27,284 bases of DNA from Verrucomicrobiales bacterium. GTDB lineage: Bacteria; Verrucomicrobiota; Verrucomicrobiia; Verrucomicrobiales; SLCJ01. Within the stretch, counting starts at the first letter, position 1, and the number at the start of each line of letters is the position of its first letter. The stretch lies in contig JBJTQJ010000095.1 in assembly GCA_046075565.1 (NCBI GenBank), forward strand, positions 1 through 27,284, read 5' to 3'. A program made the translations under genes and the position numbers. Shown piece after piece: positions 9,393 through 16,913 of the stretch. Under the pieces are notes generated by a model, which worked only from the letters and a program-made list of their open reading frames with translations, searched no databases and had not been told where the DNA came from.

Positions 9393-10705
9393 AAACCTCC
9401 TCCTCCCCTACCCGCCGCGGCTTTCTCGCCAGCACCCTCGCCGCCGCCATCGCCCCGCAGTTTATTCCATAGCGGCTTCTCGGCGCCGATGCACCGAGCA
9501 ACCAGATCCAGCTCGGTCATATTGGAACCGGCGGACAGGGCAACGGTCTTCTGAGGAACTTCATGGCGGCGGGTGGATCCACGAGTGTGGCCATTGCCGA
9601 TCCTTTTCTCGAGCGCCGGCAAAGGGCCGGAGCATCGGTGAAGGAGAAACAAGGACACGAACCGAAACTCTACGCAGATTTCCGGGAACTGCTCGCCGAT
9701 AAATCCATTGACGCCGTGATCATCGCCACGCCCGATCACTGGCATGTGCCCGCGGGACTCGCCGCCGTGCGCGCGGGCAAGGATGTGTATATCGAGAAGC
9801 CGCTCGGCTACACATTGAATCAGAACCGCGCCATGCTCGAAGCGGTGAAAAAGCACAATCGCATTTTCCAATACGGGACCCAGCAACGCTCCAGTTCCAT
9901 CATCAAACGCGGTGTCGAACTTGTGCTCAATGGTAAAATTGGCGAACTCCAGCGCATCGAAGCTTGGTGTCCCGGAGGAGCAAGTGGCGGCTCGCTCGAG
10001 GAGATTCCCGTGCCAGAAGGTCTCGACTACGAACTCTACATCGGCCCTGCACCGATGAAACCCTGCACGAAGGACCGCATCACCAGCCAAGGGTCGTGGT
10101 ATTGCTCCGACTATGCGATCGGATTCATCGCCGGATGGGGAGCGCATCCTCTGGATATTGCCATCTGGGGACAAAGCTACGATCAGAAAGGCCCGGTCCG
10201 TTTCCGCGGCACCGGTGAGTTCCCCACCCTGGACGCTCTCTTCAACACTTGCGCATCCTGGAATGTGGAAATCCAATTCCCGGATCTGCCGATGCGTTTC
10301 TTGAGCGAAAACCACGCGAAGGAAGTGGTTGGGAAATACCGGAAAAACTGGGAGGACAATGGAACCACCTTCTTCGGTTCGAACGGCGGGGTCAGCCTGA
10401 GCCGCGGCAGTTTCGATGCCAGCGACCCGGATATGCTCCGTCAGCGTGAACCCGAAGGGGATCGCCGTGTGCTCTATCGCCCGAATTATTACGCGTCCTT
10501 CATTGAATCCGTGCGCGAACGCAGCCCGTCCGTCGCGCCCATCGAGGATGCCGTTCGTTCGGATGCCCTCAGCCACCTTTCCCTGCTCGCCATTCAATCG
10601 GGCAAGGAAGTCGTCTGGGATCCGAAAGCCTATCGCATCGAATCGCCCGCGGAATTGAATGGGAAGATGGGTTGCGAGGTCCGGGGCTCGTGGGAGCAAG
10701 CGTGA
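9389..10705 (+). pseudogene. Tat-exported Gfo/Idh/MocA oxidoreductase interrupted by an in-frame TAG at codon 28 (9470-9472)
   Basis: From ATG 9389 (ATGA overlap): [62 protein letters not shown]..., in frame with track ORF 9563..10705 (ATPDHWH, YIEKPL, QYGTQQRS, GWGAHPLD). Twin-arginine TRRGFL and Rossmann GTGGQG lie upstream of 9563. Confidence 0.78.
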
Positions 10706-10755
10706 CGGGTGTCTGGTCCGCGCTTGGGAGAAGGTGCCAAAGAATCTGAAATGGG

Positions 10756-10792
10756 AACCACGGATTTCACGGAAGGCACGGACGGCACGGAT
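10756..10792 (+). repeat. Short tandem repeat, 4 x CACGGA with 9-bp period, preceded by AAC
   Basis: AACCACGGATTTCACGGAAGGCACGGACGGCACGGAT; CACGGA at 10759, 10768, 10777, 10786. Confidence 0.75.
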
Positions 10793-10889
10793 GCCGATGG
10801 GTTGATGATTGACGTGGACACTCGAATGGAGTTGGCCTGCGAGCCTTTACCGAGTTCGTAACAAGAGCGTTGCAGCCTTCTGGAGTGTG

Positions 10890-10910
10890 CCACCGGCATC
10901 TTGCCGGTGG
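10890..10910. repeat. Perfect hairpin CCACCGGCA-TCT-TGCCGGTGG (REP-like singlet)
   Basis: 9-bp stem, 3-nt loop; no U-tract on either side, so more REP-like than terminator-like. Confidence 0.55.
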
Positions 10911-10926
10911 GGAATCCAATCCAAGT

Positions 10927-11063
10927 GGAGGGACGCTGCGGCTGCTGAGGGATGGCGCGTCGTTCGCGCGGGCAACGGACACGACCCTGCGGGACCGTGT
11001 CCCTCCGGGGGGAAACTCCGAAAGCCGGTAAATCCGGATGGTCGGGAGCTGCCGGGGAGGGAC
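10927..11063. repeat. Degenerate REP-like cluster with GGAGGGAC ends
   Basis: GGAGGGAC at 10927-10934, inverted GTCCCTCC at 10999-11006 (within hairpin GGACACG...CGTGTCC), and a third GGAGGGAC at 11056-11063. Resembles the GGCAGGGAC ends at 23307-23412. Confidence 0.5.
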
Positions 11064-11171
11064 GCCGCCCCCCCCCGCCCTGTCAACGGCGACAAAAGCA
11101 ATTGGAAGTCCGGCAAGGTTTCGGGCGATTCCGGGGATTGAATTCCCCTTATCCTGTGGTTGAGTTGCCGG

Positions 11172-11978
11172 GTGCCCGTCTTCCTGCTCGACCAAAAAGT
11201 CATCGTGATTGTCGGTGGCACCACCGGCCTCGGTCTTTCCGCAGCCCACGCGGTATTGGCTGCCGGGGCCGCGGGTGTTGTGGTCACGGGGCGAAATCCC
11301 GAGAGTGCGGACGCCGCCCTCTCCAGCCTCGGCGAAAAGGCGGTCGCCCACATCGGAGACGCCACCAGCCCGGAGCACGCGGAGGATGCCATCCGACTGG
11401 CGGTCGGGCGATTCGGACGGTTCGACGGGCTTTATCATGTGGCAGGCGGCAGTGGTCGGCGCAGGGGGGATGGTCCGCTCCACGAGGTCACGGATGATGG
11501 CATCGGCTTCACCCTCGATCTGAACCTTCACTCCCTCATTCTCTCCAATCGGGCGGCAGTACAACATTTCCTCGCGACGGGCACAGGCGGCAGCATCCTC
11601 AACATGGGTTCGGTGCTGGGCTGGTCGCCTTCACCTCGTTTCTTCTCTACTCATGTTTATGCAGCGGCGAAGTCCGCGATCATCGGATTCACCAAATCCA
11701 TCGCCGCTTGTTATGCGTCCAAGGGGATTCGCGCGAATGTTATTGCGCCCGCCCTCGTGGAAACCCCGATGGCCAAACGCGCCGCCGGAGATGATGATAT
11801 CCTCTCGTTTATCCGGACGAAACAACCGCTTGATGGAGGCCGCATCGGAAAACCAAACGATCTCGACGCCGCCGTCGTTTATTTCCTCTCCGATGGTTCG
11901 GCTTTCACCACCGGACAAGTGCTCGCGGTCGATGGCGGATGGACGGTTTCCGAAGGTCAAATTCCCGCCGGCCTATGA
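11172..11978 (+). CDS. Short-chain dehydrogenase/reductase (SDR)
   Basis: VGGTTGLG cofactor motif, NMGS, catalytic YAAAK, IRANVIAP, TGQVLAVDGG. Start uncertain (GTG 11172 or TTG 11160). Confidence 0.92.
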   Translation: MPVFLLDQKVIVIVGGTTGLGLSAAHAVLAAGAAGVVVTGRNPESADAALSSLGEKAVAHIGDATSPEHAEDAIRLAVGRFGRFDGLYHVAGGSGRRRGDGPLHEVTDDGIGFTLDLNLHSLILSNRAAVQHFLATGTGGSILNMGSVLGWSPSPRFFSTHVYAAAKSAIIGFTKSIAACYASKGIRANVIAPALVETPMAKRAAGDDDILSFIRTKQPLDGGRIGKPNDLDAAVVYFLSDGSAFTTGQVLAVDGGWTVSEGQIPAGL

Positions 11979-12868
11979 GACACGTGGTTGGCATCGACAT
12001 CGGAGGCACCCGCATCAAGGCACTGCTGGTTGATGAAACCGGCGCCGTGCTGGCCGAAACCATCGAGCCGACCGGCGATGACGGAACACCCGGCTGGAAA
12101 GAGCACGTGCGCGCGGCGGCGGCAAAAGCCGAACGCATGTGCGGACTAAAAGCGGACGCCTATGGCGTGGCGGCTCCGGGGATTGCCGCACGAGATGGTC
12201 TTTCCATCAGCTTGATGCCCGGCCGACTGCGCGGACTGGAAGGGCACACCTGGCAGGATTGCTTCGGTTCGGCCCTGCCGGTGCCGGTGATGAATGATGC
12301 ACAAGCCGCGCTGCTCGGGGAGATCTGGCTCGGTGCGGGACATCACTCCGGAAATGCCATTCTCCTGACCCTCGGCACGGGGGTCGGCGGAGCGGTGATG
12401 TTGGATGGTCGCTTGCTCCACGGTCACATTGGGCGCGCCGGCCACCTAGGGCATGTTAGCCTCGATCCCGGAGGTCCCCTGGACATTGTCGGCACACCGG
12501 GTTCGCTGGAGGATGCGATAGGCAATCATTCCGTGGCCCGACGGACGGGCGGGCGCTTCGCCGACACGAACGCCTTGGTGCGGGCTGTCGAAGCCGGGGA
12601 GCCCTGGGCAATCGAAGCCTGGCATACTTCGGTGCGCGCACTGGCGGCGGCGATTGCCGGGTTCATCAACGTGCTCGATCCCGAATGTGTGATCCTCGGC
12701 GGCGGCATTTCCCAGGTGGGTCCGACGCTTTTTGATCCCCTGCGGCAGCACCTTGAACAATTCGAATGGCGTCCCGACGGACATCACGTCCAGATCCTTC
12801 CCGCCTCGCTCGGCGAGCGGGCCGGAGCCCTCGGGGCCGCCCGCGCCGCTCTCGATTCCATCCAATGA
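11975..12868 (+). CDS. ROK family sugar kinase (no HTH)
   Basis: ATG 11975 overlaps the SDR stop. GIDIGGT, MNDAQAALLGE, TLGTGVGG, GRAGHLGH, ILGGGI. Confidence 0.92.
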   Translation: MRHVVGIDIGGTRIKALLVDETGAVLAETIEPTGDDGTPGWKEHVRAAAAKAERMCGLKADAYGVAAPGIAARDGLSISLMPGRLRGLEGHTWQDCFGSALPVPVMNDAQAALLGEIWLGAGHHSGNAILLTLGTGVGGAVMLDGRLLHGHIGRAGHLGHVSLDPGGPLDIVGTPGSLEDAIGNHSVARRTGGRFADTNALVRAVEAGEPWAIEAWHTSVRALAAAIAGFINVLDPECVILGGGISQVGPTLFDPLRQHLEQFEWRPDGHHVQILPASLGERAGALGAARAALDSIQ

Positions 12869-12872
12869 TTCC

Positions 12873-13667
12873 ATGACACCAGCACTCGACTACCTAACAA
12901 AATCACGTGGTCTCATCGAGACCGTGGAAAAGCAGATCCCGCTCATCGAAAAGGCGGCGGACATCTTCTCATCCACCATTCTCGCCGGACGTATGGTCCA
13001 TGTCTTCGGCTCCGGCCATTCGCGGATCATGACCGAAGAAATGTGGCCGCGTTATGGTTCCTACCCGGGATGGAATCCGATTGTCGAACTCTCTCTTTCC
13101 TTCCACAACCTGGTGGTCGGGGCGAACGGGCAACGCCAGGCGATGTTCCTGGAGAATGTCTCCGGTCTCGCCGACCGCATCCTGCGGAATTTCGATCTGT
13201 CCGGAATCGACAGCTCCCTCATCATCTCCTCCAGCGGATGCAACGTCGTGCCCATCGAAATGGCCGAGCAGTTCCAGAAGCGTGGCATCAAGGTGGTGGC
13301 CATCGTCAGCAGCGCGCATTTGGAAAGCTCCAAATCGAAACGGGCCGACGGCAAAAAGCTGACCGACTTCGCCGACATCGTGCTCGACACAGGAGCGCCC
13401 CCGGGGGACGCGATGGTCATGGTTCCCGGACTCGACACGCCGGTCGCCCCCGGCTCGACGGTTGGCGGATGCCTGCTCGTCAACGCCATCAAGGCGGAAA
13501 CAGCGGCCCGGCTCACCGCCGCCGGTCAAGCACCGAAGGTTCTCAGTGGCGCGAATGTCGTCGGCGCGGATCGTGCGGTCGAACTTTTCGAGTCCGCGTA
13601 CGATGAACACGCCCACCGCATGGCCCGCCTCTATGCCAATGTGGGGCTCCCCACCCCGATGCAATAA
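12873..13667 (+). CDS. SIS-domain phosphosugar isomerase-like protein
   Basis: ATG 12873 (MTPALDYL); HVFGSGHS, IISSSGCN, ADIVLDTGAPPGDA, PGSTV. Confidence 0.88.
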   Translation: MTPALDYLTKSRGLIETVEKQIPLIEKAADIFSSTILAGRMVHVFGSGHSRIMTEEMWPRYGSYPGWNPIVELSLSFHNLVVGANGQRQAMFLENVSGLADRILRNFDLSGIDSSLIISSSGCNVVPIEMAEQFQKRGIKVVAIVSSAHLESSKSKRADGKKLTDFADIVLDTGAPPGDAMVMVPGLDTPVAPGSTVGGCLLVNAIKAETAARLTAAGQAPKVLSGANVVGADRAVELFESAYDEHAHRMARLYANVGLPTPMQ

Positions 13668-13674
13668 TCCTAAA

Positions 13675-13811
13675 AACCACGAATAAACACGAATTTACAC
13701 GAAAAAATTGATAATCGGAGATTTATGAAAAAAGCTTCACTCACCCGCAAGATGAATTAGGTTTTTTCCATAACTCTGAAAGTTCGTGCCCATTCGTGTC
13801 TATTGGTGGTT
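13675..13811. repeat. AT-rich 137-bp hairpin/MITE-like element with 29-bp terminal inverted repeats built from 10-bp CACGAA units
   Basis: Left 13675-13703 AACCACGAATAAACACGAATTTACACGAA vs reverse complement of right 13783-13811 AACCACCAATAGACACGAATGGGCACGAA (24/29). The interior also pairs (TTATGAAAAAAGCT with AGGTTTTTTCCATAA). Confidence 0.75.
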
Positions 13812-13889
13812 CCATTTTCCTTTCAAGGATAATACTAATTTCTTCACCGTAATTTCCCCTGCCCTCGATCATTTCCCATCTCCCCTCTC

Positions 13890-14942
13890 ATGCAAACCAA
13901 CCCTCTCCGCACCTCCGTCATTGGCAGCTACTCCTTTCCAGGGTGGCTGGAATTCGCGACCTCGCACCTCGATCAATTCGGTTCAAGCGATCGCGCCGAA
14001 GCCCAGGACGACGCGGTCATCACGGCGATCTATGATCAACTCGCGGCCGGACTGGATGTCATCACGGATGGCGAACAAACCCGCCTCGACTTCAATCTTT
14101 CCTTCTACGGTTACCTCAAAGGCATCGAACTGGAATCCGATTCGCCACGCCGGTTCGGACCGCCCGCGCACGACCAACGGGGCAAACACCAGGTCGTGGA
14201 CACCATCACCGCTCCCAAGGGGCTCGGCGTGGTCGAGGAATACCAGAGGCTGGTGCGCATCATGCAACCCTGTGTGACCGATCATCCGGTCACGCTCAAG
14301 GCGAGTGTGCCCGGTCCTTATACCTTGAGCGGCCGACTCCTTCCCAACGCCCATTATCCCGACCGTCTGGCTCTGACCGAAGCCCTCCTGCCGATAGTCC
14401 GCGCCGAACTCGAAGCCCTGGTTGCCGCCGGATGCCAGGAGATCAGCGTCGATGAGCCATCGATGAGTTGTTATGCCTTCCGCGAGGATACGAAACGATT
14501 CGTGGACATCTTCAACCGCACGGTCGAGAGCGTGTTTGGAAAAACCCGTATCTGCACCCACCTGTGTTTCGGCAACTTCAAAGGTCATGCCGTGGGTTAC
14601 CGGCGTATTGCCCCGATGTTCCCGGATTTCCTCGATTTCAAATGTGATGAAATGCACGTGGAAATGGCCAGCCGTGAGTTCGCGGAAATCGAACTAATCT
14701 CCCGTATCGCCGAGCGGATGGATGTGGCCGTTGGCATCGTCGATGTGAAAAGCTACTATATCGAATCGCCGGAAGACATCGCCCACCGCGTGCGCCTCTG
14801 CCTCGAACACGCGCCCGCCGAACGACTGGTCTTCGCACCCGATTGCGGACTCAGCCAGACCGCCCGTTGGGCCGCGAAACGCAAGCTGGCGTCGATGGTC
14901 GAGGGCACCCGCATGGTGAAAAAGGATCTCGGTCTGCCATGA
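13890..14942 (+). CDS. Cobalamin-independent methionine synthase II family protein (catalytic domain only; Zn thiol alkyltransferase)
   Basis: 350 aa; SVIGSY, GLDVITDGEQTR, PGPYTL, SVDEP, Zn ligands THLCFGN (HxC), HVEMA (E) and PDCGL (C). Lacks the N-terminal half of full-length MetE. Confidence 0.9.
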   Translation: MQTNPLRTSVIGSYSFPGWLEFATSHLDQFGSSDRAEAQDDAVITAIYDQLAAGLDVITDGEQTRLDFNLSFYGYLKGIELESDSPRRFGPPAHDQRGKHQVVDTITAPKGLGVVEEYQRLVRIMQPCVTDHPVTLKASVPGPYTLSGRLLPNAHYPDRLALTEALLPIVRAELEALVAAGCQEISVDEPSMSCYAFREDTKRFVDIFNRTVESVFGKTRICTHLCFGNFKGHAVGYRRIAPMFPDFLDFKCDEMHVEMASREFAEIELISRIAERMDVAVGIVDVKSYYIESPEDIAHRVRLCLEHAPAERLVFAPDCGLSQTARWAAKRKLASMVEGTRMVKKDLGLP

Positions 14943-15793
14943 ACCCGGCCTTCCAAAAGGACGAACTCCTGCTCGCGGACATTGCCCAAGCCCGCGCGGA
15001 AGGCCGCCCTCGTCTTTGGTGGTTTGGTCAAAGCGGATTCCTGATGGTCACCCGTGAAGCGACCATCCTTTTCGATCCTTACCTCTCGGATTCGCTTACG
15101 AATAAATATGCGACCACCGACAAACCGCACACGCGGATCACGGAACGGGTTATCGCTCCGGAGTTGCTGACCGGGATCGACATCATCACCAGTTCGCACA
15201 ATCACACCGACCATCTGGATGCGGAAACCCTCCTTCCGCTCTTCCAAGCCAATCCGCAGGCGAAACTTCTCATTCCCCGCGCCAACCGGGCCTTCGTGCT
15301 GGACCGACTCGGTCCGGTCGAGGACCGTATTGAAGAAATCGACGCGGGTGAAACACGGCATATCGGAAACATCGAGTGGACGGGCATTCCCGCCGCCCAC
15401 AATACCGTCGAACGAGATGCGAACGGCTGCTGCCGGTTCCTCGGTTTCGTGGCCAAGATCGGAGGATTCTGCATCTACCACAGCGGCGACACGCTCCTGC
15501 ACGACGGTCTTGTTCCCGCTCTCGCACCTCACGCGCCGGATATCGCGTTGGTTCCGATCAATGGCAATCTTCCCGAACGCCGTGTCTCGGGCAATCTCGA
15601 CGGCAAAGAAGCCGCCGGTCTGGCGCATGAAATCGGAGCAGGACTCGCCATTCCCCACCACTTCGACATGTTCGACTTCAACACCGCTTCGCCCGGTCTT
15701 TTTGTCGTCGAGTGCAAACGGCACGGCCAAGCCTACCATGTCCTGCGGAACGGCGAGGGTTTGGATCTTCTCTCCCTTCCGGAGAATCCATGA
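14939..15793 (+). CDS. MBL-fold metallo-hydrolase (UlaG-like lactonase)
   Basis: ATG 14939 overlaps the upstream stop. WFGQSGF, DPYLS, SHNHTDHLD (HxHxDH), PAAH, YHSGDT, PINGN, IPHHFDMF. Confidence 0.9.
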   Translation: MNPAFQKDELLLADIAQARAEGRPRLWWFGQSGFLMVTREATILFDPYLSDSLTNKYATTDKPHTRITERVIAPELLTGIDIITSSHNHTDHLDAETLLPLFQANPQAKLLIPRANRAFVLDRLGPVEDRIEEIDAGETRHIGNIEWTGIPAAHNTVERDANGCCRFLGFVAKIGGFCIYHSGDTLLHDGLVPALAPHAPDIALVPINGNLPERRVSGNLDGKEAAGLAHEIGAGLAIPHHFDMFDFNTASPGLFVVECKRHGQAYHVLRNGEGLDLLSLPENP

Positions 15794-15827
15794 ATAACCG
15801 ACCGCAGACCTCCTCCCCTCTCCCATC

Positions 15828-16901
15828 ATGAATCGCCCTTGGAAAATCGCCGGCATCAATTTCGACCACATGCACATGGGTGACTTGTTGCGGATGGTTC
15901 ATGACCACCCGAACGCGGAGATCGTCGGCATTTGTGATGAATCCCCCGAGCGCATGGCCGCTGCCATCGCGAATTTCCAGATTCCACCGGAGAAGGTCTA
16001 TACCGATTACCACACCTGTCTTTCCGAAAGCCAGCCGGATCTGGTTATCCTCTGTCCGGCCACCGCCGAACATGGCGAGTGGACCCTGAGGATTGCCCCC
16101 TATGGCACGCATATTCTAATGGAGAAGCCCTTTGCCGCGAATCTGGCCGAGGCCGATGCGATGATCGCGGCCATGGCCGGAACGGGCAAAGAGTTGATCA
16201 TCAATTGGCCGTTGCGTTGGTATCCCTCGCACGCCACCGCGAAACGTCTGCTGGACGAGGGCAAAATCGGCGAGGTCATCGAAGTTCATTACTACGATGG
16301 AAACCGGGGACCACTCTGGCATACCGCCGACAAGATCGAAACCACCCCGACCGCGGAAGCGAAAGCCGCCAGTTGGTTCTACCGCAAGGAATCCGGCGGC
16401 GGTTCGCTTCTTGATTACCTCGGTTACGGGGCGACCCTCGGCACCTGGTTCATGGATGGACGGGCACCGATCGAAATGACGGCGATGGTCGACCAACCCG
16501 AGGGACTTGAAGTGGATGAACATGCCATCGTGATCGCGCGATACGCGACTGGGCTCTCGAAATTCGAAACTCGCTGGGGAACATTCACCGATCCATGGAC
16601 CCATCAACCGCAACCGAAATGCGGATTTGTCATCGTCGGCACCGAGGGCACGCTGTCGAGTTATGATCTGGAACCGACCGTGCGCCTGCAAACACGGGAA
16701 TGTCCCGCCGGCGTCGAGATTCCTTCGGACAAGCTCGTCCACCCGCACCACAATCCCATCGCCTATGTGCTCGAGTGTCTGGAAAATGGCCGGCAAGTGG
16801 ACGGCCCGCTTTCACCCGCCATCTCGCGTATTGGACAACGCATCGTCGATGCGGCCGTATCCAGTGTGCGCGAAAAACGTACGGTCCAACTGCCCGCCTG
16901 A
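15828..16901 (+). CDS. Gfo/Idh/MocA family oxidoreductase (cytoplasmic)
   Basis: ILMEKPFA, INWPLRW, GGGSLLDYLGY; variant nucleotide loop GINFDHMH. Confidence 0.88.
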   Translation: MNRPWKIAGINFDHMHMGDLLRMVHDHPNAEIVGICDESPERMAAAIANFQIPPEKVYTDYHTCLSESQPDLVILCPATAEHGEWTLRIAPYGTHILMEKPFAANLAEADAMIAAMAGTGKELIINWPLRWYPSHATAKRLLDEGKIGEVIEVHYYDGNRGPLWHTADKIETTPTAEAKAASWFYRKESGGGSLLDYLGYGATLGTWFMDGRAPIEMTAMVDQPEGLEVDEHAIVIARYATGLSKFETRWGTFTDPWTHQPQPKCGFVIVGTEGTLSSYDLEPTVRLQTRECPAGVEIPSDKLVHPHHNPIAYVLECLENGRQVDGPLSPAISRIGQRIVDAAVSSVREKRTVQLPA

Positions 16902-16913
16902 AATCCATCCGCC

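Noticed and set aside
8155-9472. Genome-wide stop-codon reassignment
   Set aside because: The two internal stops are different codons, and TAG (2157-2159) and TAA (13665-13667) end neighbouring genes at their natural ends.
8960-10699. 579-aa minus-strand ORF
   Set aside because: Antisense to the epimerase and Gfo genes; no motifs.
10756-10792. CRISPR array
   Set aside because: Units are only 9 bp with no spacers; no cas genes in the window.
11068-11076. C9 run as a phase-variation switch
   Set aside because: Short run in GC-rich repeat remnants; no promoter elements could be placed around it.
13668-13889. SAM or cobalamin riboswitch upstream of the MetE-like gene
   Set aside because: No SAM-I core or B12-box consensus recognisable by eye; the structure is a simple long fold-back. 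An Infernal/Rfam scan would settle it.
13890-14942. Assigning the symbol metE
   Set aside because: About half the length of MetE and in a sugar-catabolic context; methionine synthesis is unproven.
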